From the NCBI GenBank assembly GCA_038233215.1, contig JBBSML010000007.1, positions 21,002 through 85,001 of the forward strand: 64,000 bases of DNA, read 5' to 3'. Positions 36,706 through 46,746 of the stretch are shown here, in pieces. Positions within the stretch are counted from its first letter, which is position 1; every line of letters begins with the position of its first letter. Made by a program: the position numbers and the translations under genes. The stretch is from Candidatus Limnocylindria bacterium. Its GTDB lineage: Bacteria > Chloroflexota > Limnocylindria > QHBO01. The notes under the pieces were generated by a model, which saw only the letters and a program-made list of their open reading frames with translations, was not told where the DNA came from and did not search any database.

Positions 36706-38244
36706 TCAGGGTCGGGTGGGAGCCGGCCCCGGTTCTATGAGGCTCCGACCGGTCATCGCCGGACCGGCCGGGATTCCGAGCAGCTGGCACAGCGTGGGCG
36801 CAACGTCGACAAGCGACCCATCGTGCAGGCGTTCACGCCGATGAGCCTCACTGACGAGGGCGAACGGAACAGGCGACGTCGTGTGCTTGGTCTGCGGATC
36901 GCCGACGGCGTCGCGCATCTCCTCGATGTTGCCATGGTCGGCGGTGATGACCAGCGGTCCGCCCGTGCCGAGTGCGGTGCGTGCCAGACGCCCCAGGCAC
37001 CCGTCGACGAACTCGGCCGCCTCAACGGCGGCCCGCCAGATGCCCGTGTGGCCGACCATGTCGGGATTCGCATAGTTGGCCACGATGAAATCGTGGCCGC
37101 CGCGCTCCATTGCCTCCACCACCGCGCCGGTGATCGCTTCGGCGCTCATTTCTGGCGCAAGGTCGTACGTCGCGACCTCGCGATTGGAAGGCACAAGGAT
37201 GCGATCCTCCCCCGGAAATGGCTCCTCCACCCCACCGTTGAGGAAATAGGTCACGTGCGCGTACTTCTCGGTTTCGGCGATGTGCAGCTGTCGCTTCCCC
37301 AGACGGGAGAGGTGGGCGGCAAGCGAGTCGGCCTCAACGGGCGGGAACGCGGCGGTCACGTCAAGATCGTTCGCAGACTCGTACTCGGTCAGCGTCGCCA
37401 ACGATACACGTGGTGAGGCGCGACGGTCGAACTCGGCGAAGTCCCGGGACGCCAGAGCATGCGAGAGCTGTCGAGCCCGATCGGCGCGAAAGTTGAGGTG
37501 AACCGCAACGTCTCCGCTCTCCATCCGCATCGCGCCGTCGAGCGCCGTGGGCAGGATGAACTCGTCGTTCTCGCCCCGCGCATACGCGTCCGCTATCGCA
37601 TCAGTCGCCGACGCGGCGCGCATCCCTTCGCCGCGGACGATGGCCTCGTACGCGCGCTGGGTCCGGTCCCACCGGTTATCGCGATCCATGGCGTAGTAGC
37701 GGCCACTGACGGTCGCCACGCGTGCATGTCCGTTGAACCGCGACTCCAGCGCAGGAAGGAACTGGTCGGCGGAGCGCGGCGGCGTATCGCGCCCGTCGGT
37801 GAAGGCGTGAACGAGGACGCGATCCGCCGGAAGTCCGGCCCGATGCGCGAGCTCGACCATGGCGACGATGTGCTCGTCGATGGCGTGGATTCCTCCGGGG
37901 CCGACGAGGCCCATCAGGTGCAGCCTGCTTCCCCGCGTGAGCACGTCGCGACATGCCGTCACGAGCGCCTCGTTCTCGAAAAAGCTGCCGTCGGTAATGG
38001 ATGCATTGATGCGCGGCAGATCCTGGAGCACCCGAAAGCCGGCTCCCAGGTTCAGGTGACCGACCTCGCTGTTGCCCATCTGGCCCACCGGCAGACCGAC
38101 GGCCTCCCCCGATGCCTCGAGCCGGCAATGCGGCCACTCGTCGAGCAGCCGGTTCCAGTTCCACATCGCTGCCGATGCGAGCGCATTTCGCGCGGGGTCG
38201 TCGCCGATGCCGAACCCGTCGAGAACGATGAGCGTGACCGTCAC
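36706..38244 (-). CDS. gpmI: 2,3-bisphosphoglycerate-independent phosphoglycerate mutase
   Basis: 512 aa; MGNSEVGHLNLGAG and DGRD metal-binding motifs, TADHGN. Confidence 0.85.
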   Translation of the reverse strand: MTVTLIVLDGFGIGDDPARNALASAAMWNWNRLLDEWPHCRLEASGEAVGLPVGQMGNSEVGHLNLGAGFRVLQDLPRINASITDGSFFENEALVTACRDVLTRGSRLHLMGLVGPGGIHAIDEHIVAMVELAHRAGLPADRVLVHAFTDGRDTPPRSADQFLPALESRFNGHARVATVSGRYYAMDRDNRWDRTQRAYEAIVRGEGMRAASATDAIADAYARGENDEFILPTALDGAMRMESGDVAVHLNFRADRARQLSHALASRDFAEFDRRASPRVSLATLTEYESANDLDVTAAFPPVEADSLAAHLSRLGKRQLHIAETEKYAHVTYFLNGGVEEPFPGEDRILVPSNREVATYDLAPEMSAEAITGAVVEAMERGGHDFIVANYANPDMVGHTGIWRAAVEAAEFVDGCLGRLARTALGTGGPLVITADHGNIEEMRDAVGDPQTKHTTSPVPFALVSEAHRRERLHDGSLVDVAPTLCQLLGIPAGPAMTGRSLIEPGPAPTRP

Positions 38245-38999
38245 GCCAGGGCCGCCGCCCGCAGGATGGGGGCGAATTGGTCCGGCTTGAGCGACGCCCC
38301 ACCAACGAGCGCGCCATCGATGTCCGGTTGCGCGAAGAGCTCAGCTGCATTCTCGGCCGTCACGCTGCCGCCGTACTGGATCTGTATGGCATCCGCAGCA
38401 TCCGGATCGGTGTCGCGCAAGATCTGACGAATCTGCGCGCACACCGCTTGGGCATCCGCGGCCGACGCCGCGTCTCCAGTGCCGATCGCCCACACAGGCT
38501 CGTACGCGATCACCAACCCGGTCTCCCCGAGTGCCGGGAGACCGGCGATCGCTGCGCGCACCTGGCGATCGATGACGGCCACGGTCTTGCCGGCACGGCG
38601 TTCCTCCGCCCGCTCCCCGATCGCCGCGATCGGGCGCAGCCCGTGGGCAACCGCGCTGGCAACCTTGCGCCCGACCCGATCGTCGGTCTCCGCGTCATAC
38701 AGCCGTCGCTCCGAATGGCCCAGAATGACGAACTCGGCCAGTCCGTTCAGCATGAGCGGGCTCGTCTCACCGGTGAACGCGCCGCGCTCCTCGAAATGCA
38801 TCGTCTGCGCGCCGATGGCGATCCCATCCCGCCCGACCGCACGATGCACATCGGCCAACCAGATCGCCGGTGGGCAGATGACGGTCGTGACGGAAGGCGC
38901 CGCGCGTGCGCCTTTCTGCACGGCGGCGGCGAGCGCGATCGCCTCCTCGACGGTCGTCGGATTCATCTTCCAGTTTCCGACGATGATCGGTGGCCGCAT
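38241..38999 (-). CDS. tpiA: Triosephosphate isomerase
   Basis: IVGNWKMN, ILGHSERR, AYEPVWAIGTG motifs. Confidence 0.9.
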   Translation of the reverse strand: MRPPIIVGNWKMNPTTVEEAIALAAAVQKGARAAPSVTTVICPPAIWLADVHRAVGRDGIAIGAQTMHFEERGAFTGETSPLMLNGLAEFVILGHSERRLYDAETDDRVGRKVASAVAHGLRPIAAIGERAEERRAGKTVAVIDRQVRAAIAGLPALGETGLVIAYEPVWAIGTGDAASAADAQAVCAQIRQILRDTDPDAADAIQIQYGGSVTAENAAELFAQPDIDGALVGGASLKPDQFAPILRAAALA

Positions 39000-39853
39000 C
39001 AGTCCTCCGCATCCCCGGCAAGCTCGATGAGCCGTCGAAGGCGATGATTGGTGGCGGAGCGGCTGATGCCGATGGCCCCGGCAAGGGTGTCAAGATCCGC
39101 ATCCGGCATGAGACGCCGCTGCGCGGCCACCTCGCGCAGCGATGGTGTCAGGCGCGGCAGCATCCCGCCGCGCTCGAGCCGATCGATGGCGCGCAGCTGA
39201 AGGTCGGCCGCGTGCACGGTCCTGCCGAGGTTGGCCCCTTCGGCGTTGACCACGCGGTTCAGTCGGGCCCGGACATCGCGACCGACACGCTGGGTTTCCA
39301 ACTCGAGCACGCCACGGTTTGCGCCCACGAGGCCGAGCAGGGCCGCGATCTGGTCCTGTCCTTTGAGGTATACGACATGCGCTCCCCGCCGCGCCGCAAG
39401 CAGGCCGCGAATGTCCATCTGCGCCAGGAGCGCTAGGAGCGTTTCCGCGGCATCGGCGCTGCGCAGCACGAATTCGACGTGCGATCCTGATCGACCGAAC
39501 GAGATCGACCCGGATCCGAGGAGGGCACCCCGCAGGAATGAGCGGCGGTCGCACGCGGGAGCCTCCTCCCACCGCCATGTGCCCAGCTGCTCGCGCGAGA
39601 CTGCCACGACGATATGGTGACGCGTCCCCGGATGCCGGCCGCGCTCCCCGGCGGGTAGGACACGCGGTGCGTCGGCGCGGACCCCCAGCGAGCCTGCCAA
39701 AACGACGGCTGTTCGTGCCGTGGCGTGGTCGAGCGTGCGCAGGCGATCGTCGACGCTTCCGTGCATGAGGCCGAGGAGCTCGGCTCGCCGGCAGCAGGGC
39801 CGCGCGGGCTGGATGCGGGCGAGCTCGCCCCGCACCTCACCAGCGAGGAGCAC
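38999..39853 (-). CDS. whiA: Probable cell division/sporulation regulator WhiA
   Basis: N-terminal ELARIQPARPCCRRAE LAGLIDADG-like domain, C-terminal HTH (LAGAIGISRSATNHRLRRL). Confidence 0.8.
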   Translation of the reverse strand: MLLAGEVRGELARIQPARPCCRRAELLGLMHGSVDDRLRTLDHATARTAVVLAGSLGVRADAPRVLPAGERGRHPGTRHHIVVAVSREQLGTWRWEEAPACDRRSFLRGALLGSGSISFGRSGSHVEFVLRSADAAETLLALLAQMDIRGLLAARRGAHVVYLKGQDQIAALLGLVGANRGVLELETQRVGRDVRARLNRVVNAEGANLGRTVHAADLQLRAIDRLERGGMLPRLTPSLREVAAQRRLMPDADLDTLAGAIGISRSATNHRLRRLIELAGDAED

Positions 39854-39861
39854 GGGTGCGC

Positions 39862-41184
39862 TCAGGAGGCATTCGCCGTCGGACGCCTCACGCGACGCTG
39901 CCGGGGTCGCTCAATGCGGTCTTCCTGCTGGAGGCGCATGATGGCGGTGGCCAGCTTCGCAGGATCGTGGCGATGGGCGTTTGTGGGATCGATGACATCC
40001 TCCTCGACGATGACGACGGGGAGCTCCTCGAGTCGCCGGACATCCACATCGACCGGCTGAGAGCGCCAACCGACCGGCCGCCGCGCGTCCGTATTGCGGT
40101 TGATGATGACGTAGTCGACGAGGTCCTCGCCGACATGCGCGAAGAGCGCGCGCAGGTGCTGGCTGGCCGTCAGGTGCTCCGTCTCACCCGGCTGGGTGGC
40201 GACATTGCAGACGTAAACCTTGAGCCCGGTGGCGGCGGTCAGCGCATCCCGAATGTCGCTGATCAGGAGGTTCGGCAGCACGCTGCTGAACAGGCTTCCG
40301 GGGCCGATGACGATCAGATCGGCCTCGAAGATGCGCTCGAGCGCCTCCGGGGTGGCCCGCACATCGGCGGGCTCGATGAAGACGCGCTCGATTGGCTCCT
40401 CGGCTTTCGAGATCCCGACCTGGCCGTACAGGTGCCGTCCCGACATCAGCTGAGCGGACAGGTTGAGCGGCACGCTCGTCGCAGGCAGCACCTGGCCCCG
40501 GACGGCGAGGACCCGGTTCGACTGGCGTACCGCTTCCTCGAAGTCGCCGGTGACGGCGGTCATGGCGGCGATGAACAGGTTGCCGAACGCATGATCATCC
40601 AGCCCTGACCCCTCGGGAAAGCGGTACTGCATCAGCTGCGTCATCAGGGGCTCCGCATCTGCCAGGGCGGCGATGCAGTTGCGGATATCCCCGGGCGGCA
40701 CCATGCCGAGCTGCTGCCTCAAACGCCCCGAGCTCCCGCCGTCATCTGCAACGGCGACCACCGCCGTGATGTTGGCGCTATACCCCTTGAGCCCGCGCAG
40801 CAACGTTGAGAGCCCGGTGCCACCCCCAAGCGCCACGATCCGCGGTCCTCGAGCCAGGTAGCGCTTCGTGTAGAGCACCTCCATGACGCTGTCGCCTCGC
40901 TCGACGAACGGCGACACGACCGAGCGCATGAGGCCCCAGAAGCCGATGCCGGTCAGCAGGACGCCGAGAAGCGCAACCAATGCGGAACGGATCTCCGGCT
41001 CGAGCCATGCGCCCGTCAGCCAGTACACGATCGCGATCTCATCAGCCGCGTTCTGCCGATACAGATCCCGGATGAAGATGGCGGCGCCCAGACCCAGGAT
41101 GGCGATGCCGGCGAGGAGGAGGAAGAGCCAGCGCTTGAGATGCATCCCCGGGTAGAGCCAGCGCGGCAGACGCGGTCCCTTCAT
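39862..41184 (-). CDS. yvcK: YvcK/CofD-family gluconeogenesis factor (UPF0052) with an unusual ~100-aa N-terminal transmembrane extension
   Basis: RIVALGGGTGLSTLLRGLK core motif, preceded by 2-3 predicted TM helices (WLFLLLAGIAILGLGAAIFI..; LVALLGVLLTGIGFWGL). Confidence 0.75.
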   Translation of the reverse strand: MKGPRLPRWLYPGMHLKRWLFLLLAGIAILGLGAAIFIRDLYRQNAADEIAIVYWLTGAWLEPEIRSALVALLGVLLTGIGFWGLMRSVVSPFVERGDSVMEVLYTKRYLARGPRIVALGGGTGLSTLLRGLKGYSANITAVVAVADDGGSSGRLRQQLGMVPPGDIRNCIAALADAEPLMTQLMQYRFPEGSGLDDHAFGNLFIAAMTAVTGDFEEAVRQSNRVLAVRGQVLPATSVPLNLSAQLMSGRHLYGQVGISKAEEPIERVFIEPADVRATPEALERIFEADLIVIGPGSLFSSVLPNLLISDIRDALTAATGLKVYVCNVATQPGETEHLTASQHLRALFAHVGEDLVDYVIINRNTDARRPVGWRSQPVDVDVRRLEELPVVIVEEDVIDPTNAHRHDPAKLATAIMRLQQEDRIERPRQRRVRRPTANAS

Positions 41185-42119
41185 CGCTCCAGCTCCCGGT
41201 GGAAGACTGCCACGGACGCATCCGACATCGTTGCCAGCCGCCGGCCGAGTTCCTCGGCCAGCGCGATCGAGCGGTGATATCCGCCGGTGCATCCGAGGGC
41301 AACCCGGAGCTGTTCCTTCCCCTCGGCGCGATAGGCCGGCACGGTGAGCTCGAGAAGCTCGGTCACCAGCTCAATGAAGCGACGGGCTGCGGGCTGGCCG
41401 AGCACGAAGTCACGGACCGGCTCTTCGAGCCCGGACAGGGGCTTCAGCTGCGGGTCCCAGTACGGGTTCGTCAGGAAGCGGACGTCAAACACCAGGTCCG
41501 CCTCGAGTGGGATCCCGTACTTGAAGCCGAAGGTCACGATATCGATGCGAAGCTCGTCGGAGCTCGCAGCGCGAGGCATGACGGCGAACAACCGCTCCTT
41601 GAGCTGCCCGATCGAGAGACCGCTCGTATCAATGACGTGGTTCGCCAGGTCCCGCGTCCGGGCAAGCCGGCGCCGCTCCTCCGCGATGCTTGCCTGCACG
41701 CCGCTGCGCGTCGCCTGGAGGGGATGGCGATGCCGCGTCTCACTGAAGCGACTGACAAGGCTGGCGTCAGTCGCCTCGAGGTAGATGACCTCCAGCTTCG
41801 AGCCCCGCGAGGCGAGCGCGGACGCCGCACGCTCGATCGCGGGTGCCGGGTCGCCCGAACGAATATCGAGGACGAGCGCCGACCGTCGATAGCGGGCCGG
41901 CTCAGCGTGCCGCAGTGCGAGGTAATCATCGAGCAGTGCCGGCGGCAGGTTATCGATGCACGAATAGCCGAGATCTTCGAACAGCTTGCTCGCCTGGCTC
42001 TTGCCCGCGCCGGACAGGCCGCTGATGACGAGAAGGTGCTCGGTCGCTGCGTCCGACTCAGGGGCGCGTGAGGGCTCCACCCCCGCTGAAACGCCCGGGA
42101 TCGCTGCGCTGCGTACCAC
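41181..42119 (-). CDS. rapZ: RNase adapter protein RapZ (YvcJ)
   Basis: HLLVISGLSGAGKS P-loop, C-terminal GCTGGYHRS motif. Confidence 0.85.
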   Translation of the reverse strand: MVRSAAIPGVSAGVEPSRAPESDAATEHLLVISGLSGAGKSQASKLFEDLGYSCIDNLPPALLDDYLALRHAEPARYRRSALVLDIRSGDPAPAIERAASALASRGSKLEVIYLEATDASLVSRFSETRHRHPLQATRSGVQASIAEERRRLARTRDLANHVIDTSGLSIGQLKERLFAVMPRAASSDELRIDIVTFGFKYGIPLEADLVFDVRFLTNPYWDPQLKPLSGLEEPVRDFVLGQPAARRFIELVTELLELTVPAYRAEGKEQLRVALGCTGGYHRSIALAEELGRRLATMSDASVAVFHRELER

Positions 42120-42164
42120 CTGCCCTCTCCGAACTCGTACCGGGATCCGAGTATAGCCGCGCCG

Positions 42165-43118
42165 TCAGGCCCGATCTCCAGCGGCGGCCCGGCCGGCCAG
42201 AATGCCGCGTACCGTTGCCGCGGACGCCGCGCGCAGGGCGTCGTGGTCGTAGCCACCCTCCAGGCTCAGGGCCACGCCGCCCGTCCCCAGCCGAACGCTG
42301 AGCGAACCGACCAGCCGGGCCACCTCCTCGTAGCCAAGCTCGGTCACCTCGAGGGACGCGAGCGGGTCGTCGAGGTGCGCGTCGTATCCGGCTGAGACCA
42401 GGACCACATCGGGTGCGAACGATTCGATGGCCGGCAGCAGCTCATCGCGCCAAGCTGCCACGAACGCCTCGTCGTCACTGCCCGGCGCCAGCGGCCGGTT
42501 GTGCATCGTCCCCGCCGCGGCTCCCGTGCCCACGTCACGTCGGTCGCCGGTTCCCGGGTAGAGCGGCGACTGGTGGGTTGAGGCGTAGCAGAGGTCCGCA
42601 TCGGCGTCGAAGATCGCCTGCGTCCCGTCACCGTGATGCACGTCCCAATCGATGATGGCGATCCGCTCCGCGACGCCACGCATACGCAGCCCGGCCACCG
42701 CAATTGCCACGTTATTGATCAGGCAAAATCCGCTCCCCCGCCCACGCGATGCATGGTGCCCCGGCGGACGGACCGCCCCGAACGCCACTTCAGCGCGGCC
42801 GGTGGCCGCGGCCAGGGCCGCTTGGAGCGTGGCCCCGGCCGCGAGCCGTGCAGCGTGAAGCGAGCCCGGCACCAGGTACGTGTCGGCGTCGAGCCAGCCG
42901 CCGTGCACTTCCGCCTCTTCGAGCAGCGACAGATAGGCCGGGTCGTGGATCAGCTCGAGCGTAGCGCGATCGATCGGCTCGACCGCCGGTTCCACCAGGT
43001 CGTCACCCGCGGCATCGCGGATGCCGGAAGCCACAGCGGCGCGGCGCTCGGGCCGCTCCGGGTGGTCGGCCGTCGCGTGGAGATCCATGGCCGCATCGGT
43101 CAGCAGCGAGACGCTCAT
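42165..43118 (-). CDS. Histone deacetylase-family (AcuC/HDAC-like) amidohydrolase
   Basis: RPPGHHA, IIDWDVHHGDGTQ, GGYD motifs; start MSVSLL overlaps the tatC stop (ATGA). Confidence 0.75.
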   Translation of the reverse strand: MSVSLLTDAAMDLHATADHPERPERRAAVASGIRDAAGDDLVEPAVEPIDRATLELIHDPAYLSLLEEAEVHGGWLDADTYLVPGSLHAARLAAGATLQAALAAATGRAEVAFGAVRPPGHHASRGRGSGFCLINNVAIAVAGLRMRGVAERIAIIDWDVHHGDGTQAIFDADADLCYASTHQSPLYPGTGDRRDVGTGAAAGTMHNRPLAPGSDDEAFVAAWRDELLPAIESFAPDVVLVSAGYDAHLDDPLASLEVTELGYEEVARLVGSLSVRLGTGGVALSLEGGYDHDALRAASAATVRGILAGRAAAGDRA

Positions 43119-43840
43119 GGTCGAACCTTGCGGATCAGTTGGAGGGTCCCTTCGAACAGGACATACATCACCAGAGAGAGCACGATCGAACTCAATGGGT
43201 CGCCGCCCGGCGTGGCGACAATGGCGAACACGACGATCACCAAGACCGCCCAGCGCCTCCGCGACGAAAGGAATCGGTAGTTGAGGATGCCGACCCGGGC
43301 GAGCAGGAGGAGCAGCACAGGGAACTGGAAGGCGAGGCCGAACGAGAGCATGACGGTCGAGGCGAAGCTCACGTACTCGCTGAGACGAAGCTGGTCCTCG
43401 ACGCCGGGCAGCGTGAGCGAGAGCAAAAAGTCGAGCGCGAAGGGAAGGACGAAATACCCAAGGCCGATGCCCAAGGCGAAGAGAAGCACCGATGCGATGA
43501 GGAGCGGCCAGATGAGTCGCCGTTCGTGGCGGGTCAGGCCCGGCGTCACGAACCGCCAAACCTGGTACAGGATCACCGGAACCGCGATCGCGATGCCCAC
43601 GTACAGGGCCACGCGCAGGCGCACCGCCAGCGACTCGCCCACGCTGATCTGGATCAGCGTCTGCTTTCCTTCAGGAAGCGCGGCTCGCAGGATCCCGATG
43701 ATCGCCTCTGAGAGGAAGAAGCCGACGATCCCGCCGAGTACGACCGTGATGGCGATCACGATGATGCGGCTGCGGAGCTCCTCGAGATGCTCCAGCAGGC
43801 TCATGGTCGCTTCGTCGGTCCGAGGCGCCTCGAGCGTCAC
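43115..43840 (-). CDS. tatC: Sec-independent protein translocase TatC
   Basis: Six-TM protein with MSLLEHLEELR and FFLSEAIIGIL motifs. Confidence 0.8.
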   Translation of the reverse strand: MTLEAPRTDEATMSLLEHLEELRSRIIVIAITVVLGGIVGFFLSEAIIGILRAALPEGKQTLIQISVGESLAVRLRVALYVGIAIAVPVILYQVWRFVTPGLTRHERRLIWPLLIASVLLFALGIGLGYFVLPFALDFLLSLTLPGVEDQLRLSEYVSFASTVMLSFGLAFQFPVLLLLLARVGILNYRFLSSRRRWAVLVIVVFAIVATPGGDPLSSIVLSLVMYVLFEGTLQLIRKVRP

Positions 43841-43876
43841 GTTCGGTCGGCCCTGGCGGGCGAGAGGTGGACGACC

Positions 43877-44089
43877 TCAGTGCTTGGTGGTATCGCGCGC
43901 CGGGCGGTCATCCGTGGATGTCTGCTTGGGCTCGCCCCGCACCGACTCTTCCAGGTCGTTGGACGCCTTGCGGAATTCACGAATTCCCTTCCCGACCGCA
44001 TTGCCGATGTCGGGCAGCTTGCCGGGGCCAAAGATGATCAGGACGATCACCAGCAACACGATGAGCTCCGCTGGTCCAGGAATCGGCAT
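43877..44089 (-). CDS. tatA: Sec-independent protein translocase TatA/E
   Basis: [32 protein letters not shown]. Confidence 0.8.
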   Translation of the reverse strand: MPIPGPAELIVLLVIVLIIFGPGKLPDIGNAVGKGIREFRKASNDLEESVRGEPKQTSTDDRPARDTTKH

Positions 44090-44093
44090 ATCG

Positions 44094-44948
44094 TCAGGAA
44101 CCTCCGCTGTGGAGCCGCTCAGCAGCACCGGTCTGGGAGTGTAGCACCGCCTCCCGCATCAGGTCCCGGAGCTCCCTGGCGGCAGTGGCAGCCGCCAGCT
44201 GCCAATTGGTCCCGCGAGACGCACCTGCGATCGCACGCGAAACCGAGACGACTCCGGGGGCCCAGCGACCGTCACATGTGCCCACCGCCGCCGCCAGATC
44301 ACCGCCCTGCGTTCCGACCCCGGGCACCAGGAAGGCCGGACCTGGCACCGCGTTCCGCAGCTGGCCGAGTTCCCGTGGCGCCGTGGCACCGACCACCAAT
44401 CCCACCCGGCCACCCGGCCAGGTGGCGGCCGCCCAGCGCGCCACCCGGAGATGGAGAGGCTCTCCGTCCACGACCAGCTCCTGGAGCGCCGCTGCCGACG
44501 GATTGCTGGTTCTCGCCAGCAGAAAGACGAGCCGCTCCGGAACCTCGAGAAACGGGGTGATCGCGTCTTCGCCGAGGTAGGGCGAGAGCGTGACCGCATC
44601 AGCGTCGAGGTGGCCGAGCAGGCCGGCCGCGTAGCGCTCGGCCGTCGAGCCGATATCACCGCGCTTGGCGTCGAGGATGCACAGCATCGCGCGCGGGACG
44701 TCGCGGCGCACCCGTTCCAGAGCGGCCCAGCCCATGGCACCGAATGCCTCGAAGAACGCCACGTTGACCTTTACCGCCACGGCGTGTTCCGCGGCCGCCT
44801 CGATCACGCCCCGGGCGAACGCCTCGACGCCATGAACCGTTCGCGGCAGCTGGTCAGGAAGGTGGTCGGGGTGCGGGTCGATCCCAAGGCAGAGCGGTGC
44901 GCCCACGGCATGGCGCCGCTCCCGAAGCCGCACCAGGGGCGAGCTCAT
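44094..44948 (-). CDS. pyrF: Orotidine 5'-phosphate decarboxylase (type 2)
   Basis: [32 protein letters not shown] motifs; start MSSPLV overlaps the recJ stop. Confidence 0.8.
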   Translation of the reverse strand: MSSPLVRLRERRHAVGAPLCLGIDPHPDHLPDQLPRTVHGVEAFARGVIEAAAEHAVAVKVNVAFFEAFGAMGWAALERVRRDVPRAMLCILDAKRGDIGSTAERYAAGLLGHLDADAVTLSPYLGEDAITPFLEVPERLVFLLARTSNPSAAALQELVVDGEPLHLRVARWAAATWPGGRVGLVVGATAPRELGQLRNAVPGPAFLVPGVGTQGGDLAAAVGTCDGRWAPGVVSVSRAIAGASRGTNWQLAAATAARELRDLMREAVLHSQTGAAERLHSGGS

Positions 44949-46693
44949 CCGGCACGCGCCAGCTCGAGCTGCGGCAGGCGACGGGCGATCAACGGGCTGA
45001 CCGCGGAATCGGCGTAATCGACAACCCGCAGCCTCAGACGCGCCATGCCACCGAAGGTGTCGCGCTCGAGCGTGCCCACGAGATCGACGAGACACCCCTC
45101 CACCGGAATCCGCCGTTCCGCATCCATCCCAAAGGCGATGGCGTCGACCGTCTCGATGCCACGCAGCATGCGAAAGGCGAGATGGCCCTCGCGTGCTCCC
45201 ACTCGACGGACGCTGCCGACGCGCAGCCCGGTGACGGCGATGACCGGCTCGAGATGACCGGGACCGTACGGAGCCAGCCGGGTCAGCTGGTCGGCCAGCT
45301 CCCAATCGAGGAAGCGAGCGGGTAGGACGAGGTCGATCGTCTGCCGCCCCGGCCGTTGTACCTCGGCGCCGGGCCCCGCACCGAGCGGCCGCGCGAGGTT
45401 CCCGAAGGTCGTCGCGAACGCATCCCAGTCCGCAGGCAGCAGGCTGAATCCACCGGCAGCCGCGTGGCCGCCACGCTTCGTCAGGTGCTCACCACATGCT
45501 TCGAGCGCCGCGCCCACGTGGAAGTCGACAGGCGCGCGCACCGAGCCACGCACCTCGTTGCCGACGAGGGCCACGGCCGCCACGGGACGCGCCAGCTCAT
45601 CCGCGAGACGGCCGGCGATCAGCCCGAGCAGGCCTGGTGCCCAGGCATCATCCCGCACGACCAGCGGAGAGTCACCGGGGAGCGCGGCAGCCAGCAGACG
45701 AGCGGCATCGATCGCCACGGTGGTCATCTCACGCCGTCGTTCGTGAACGATCTCCAGCTCGCCCGCGATCGCATCGGCCCGCGCAGGATCGGTTTCGAGG
45801 AGCAGCGACATCGCGAGCTCCGCATCGGCAATCCGCCCGGCCGCATTGATACGCGGAATGACGCCGAACGCCAGGTCTCGGGCGGTCGTCTGTCCGGGGG
45901 CTTCGCAGGAACGAGTCAGGAGTGCCCGCAGCCCGGCGTGCGACGTTGACGCCAGCTCATCGAGCCCGAGCCTGACGATGGCGCGGCTCTCACCAGTCAT
46001 CGGCGCCATGTCGGCAACCGTGCCGATCGCCGCAACCGCCGCCAGGCCATCGGTCGGAAGTCCATGGCGGGCGAGCAGCGCGGCCGCGAGCTTGTACGAC
46101 AGTCCGGCGCCAGTGAGATCCACGTCCGGATAGGCGCAGTCGGGCCGATGCGGATCAACCACCGCGACGGCGCGCGGCAGGACCGGCGGTGGGAGATGGT
46201 GGTCGGTGATGACGACGTCGAGTCCCAGCGAACGCGCCACCTCGACCTCGTCTGCATTGCTCACACCGCAATCGCAGGTGATGACGAGGCGCACACCGGC
46301 ATCGGCCAACTGGCGGAGCCCGCTCTCCGACAGCCCATAGCCCTCGGCCATTCGGGAAGGGACGTATCGAATGGGGTCTGCTCCCAGTCGACGAAGCGCG
46401 GTGACCCAGACGACGATCGCGGTCATCCCATCGGCGTCATAGTCGCCCCAGATCGCGATTCGCTCGCCAGATGCAAGAGCGGCGTCGATCCGGTCCAGCG
46501 CGCGGTCCGCATCGGCCATGTGCGACAGGTCGTGCAGGGCGCCAGCGCCGGCCTGGAGAAAGGCCTGGAGATCCGTGTCATCGCGGAAGCCGCGACGAGC
46601 GAGGAGGGTGGCGACCGGGCGGCCGAAGCCTACAAACGCGGGAGGCTCAGCCACGGGGGCCGGAAGCAGCCATTCCAGGCGGGGAGCAATCAC
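44945..46693 (-). CDS. recJ: Single-stranded-DNA-specific exonuclease RecJ
   Basis: DHH motifs (GDYDADGMT, DHH at ITDHH), DHHA1 domain. Confidence 0.85.
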   Translation of the reverse strand: MIAPRLEWLLPAPVAEPPAFVGFGRPVATLLARRGFRDDTDLQAFLQAGAGALHDLSHMADADRALDRIDAALASGERIAIWGDYDADGMTAIVVWVTALRRLGADPIRYVPSRMAEGYGLSESGLRQLADAGVRLVITCDCGVSNADEVEVARSLGLDVVITDHHLPPPVLPRAVAVVDPHRPDCAYPDVDLTGAGLSYKLAAALLARHGLPTDGLAAVAAIGTVADMAPMTGESRAIVRLGLDELASTSHAGLRALLTRSCEAPGQTTARDLAFGVIPRINAAGRIADAELAMSLLLETDPARADAIAGELEIVHERRREMTTVAIDAARLLAAALPGDSPLVVRDDAWAPGLLGLIAGRLADELARPVAAVALVGNEVRGSVRAPVDFHVGAALEACGEHLTKRGGHAAAGGFSLLPADWDAFATTFGNLARPLGAGPGAEVQRPGRQTIDLVLPARFLDWELADQLTRLAPYGPGHLEPVIAVTGLRVGSVRRVGAREGHLAFRMLRGIETVDAIAFGMDAERRIPVEGCLVDLVGTLERDTFGGMARLRLRVVDYADSAVSPLIARRLPQLELARAG

Positions 46694-46746
46694 CCGGCCA
46701 TGGTAGTCGCGGTGGATTTTCCGCGGCTTACCGTTCGGTTATCGGC

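Noticed and set aside
44094-45305. 403-aa version of the pyrF ORF and 464-aa version of the HDAC ORF (42165..43559)
   Set aside because: The N-terminal extensions overlap recJ and tatC respectively in other frames. Internal Mets give canonical-length proteins with ATGA coupling.
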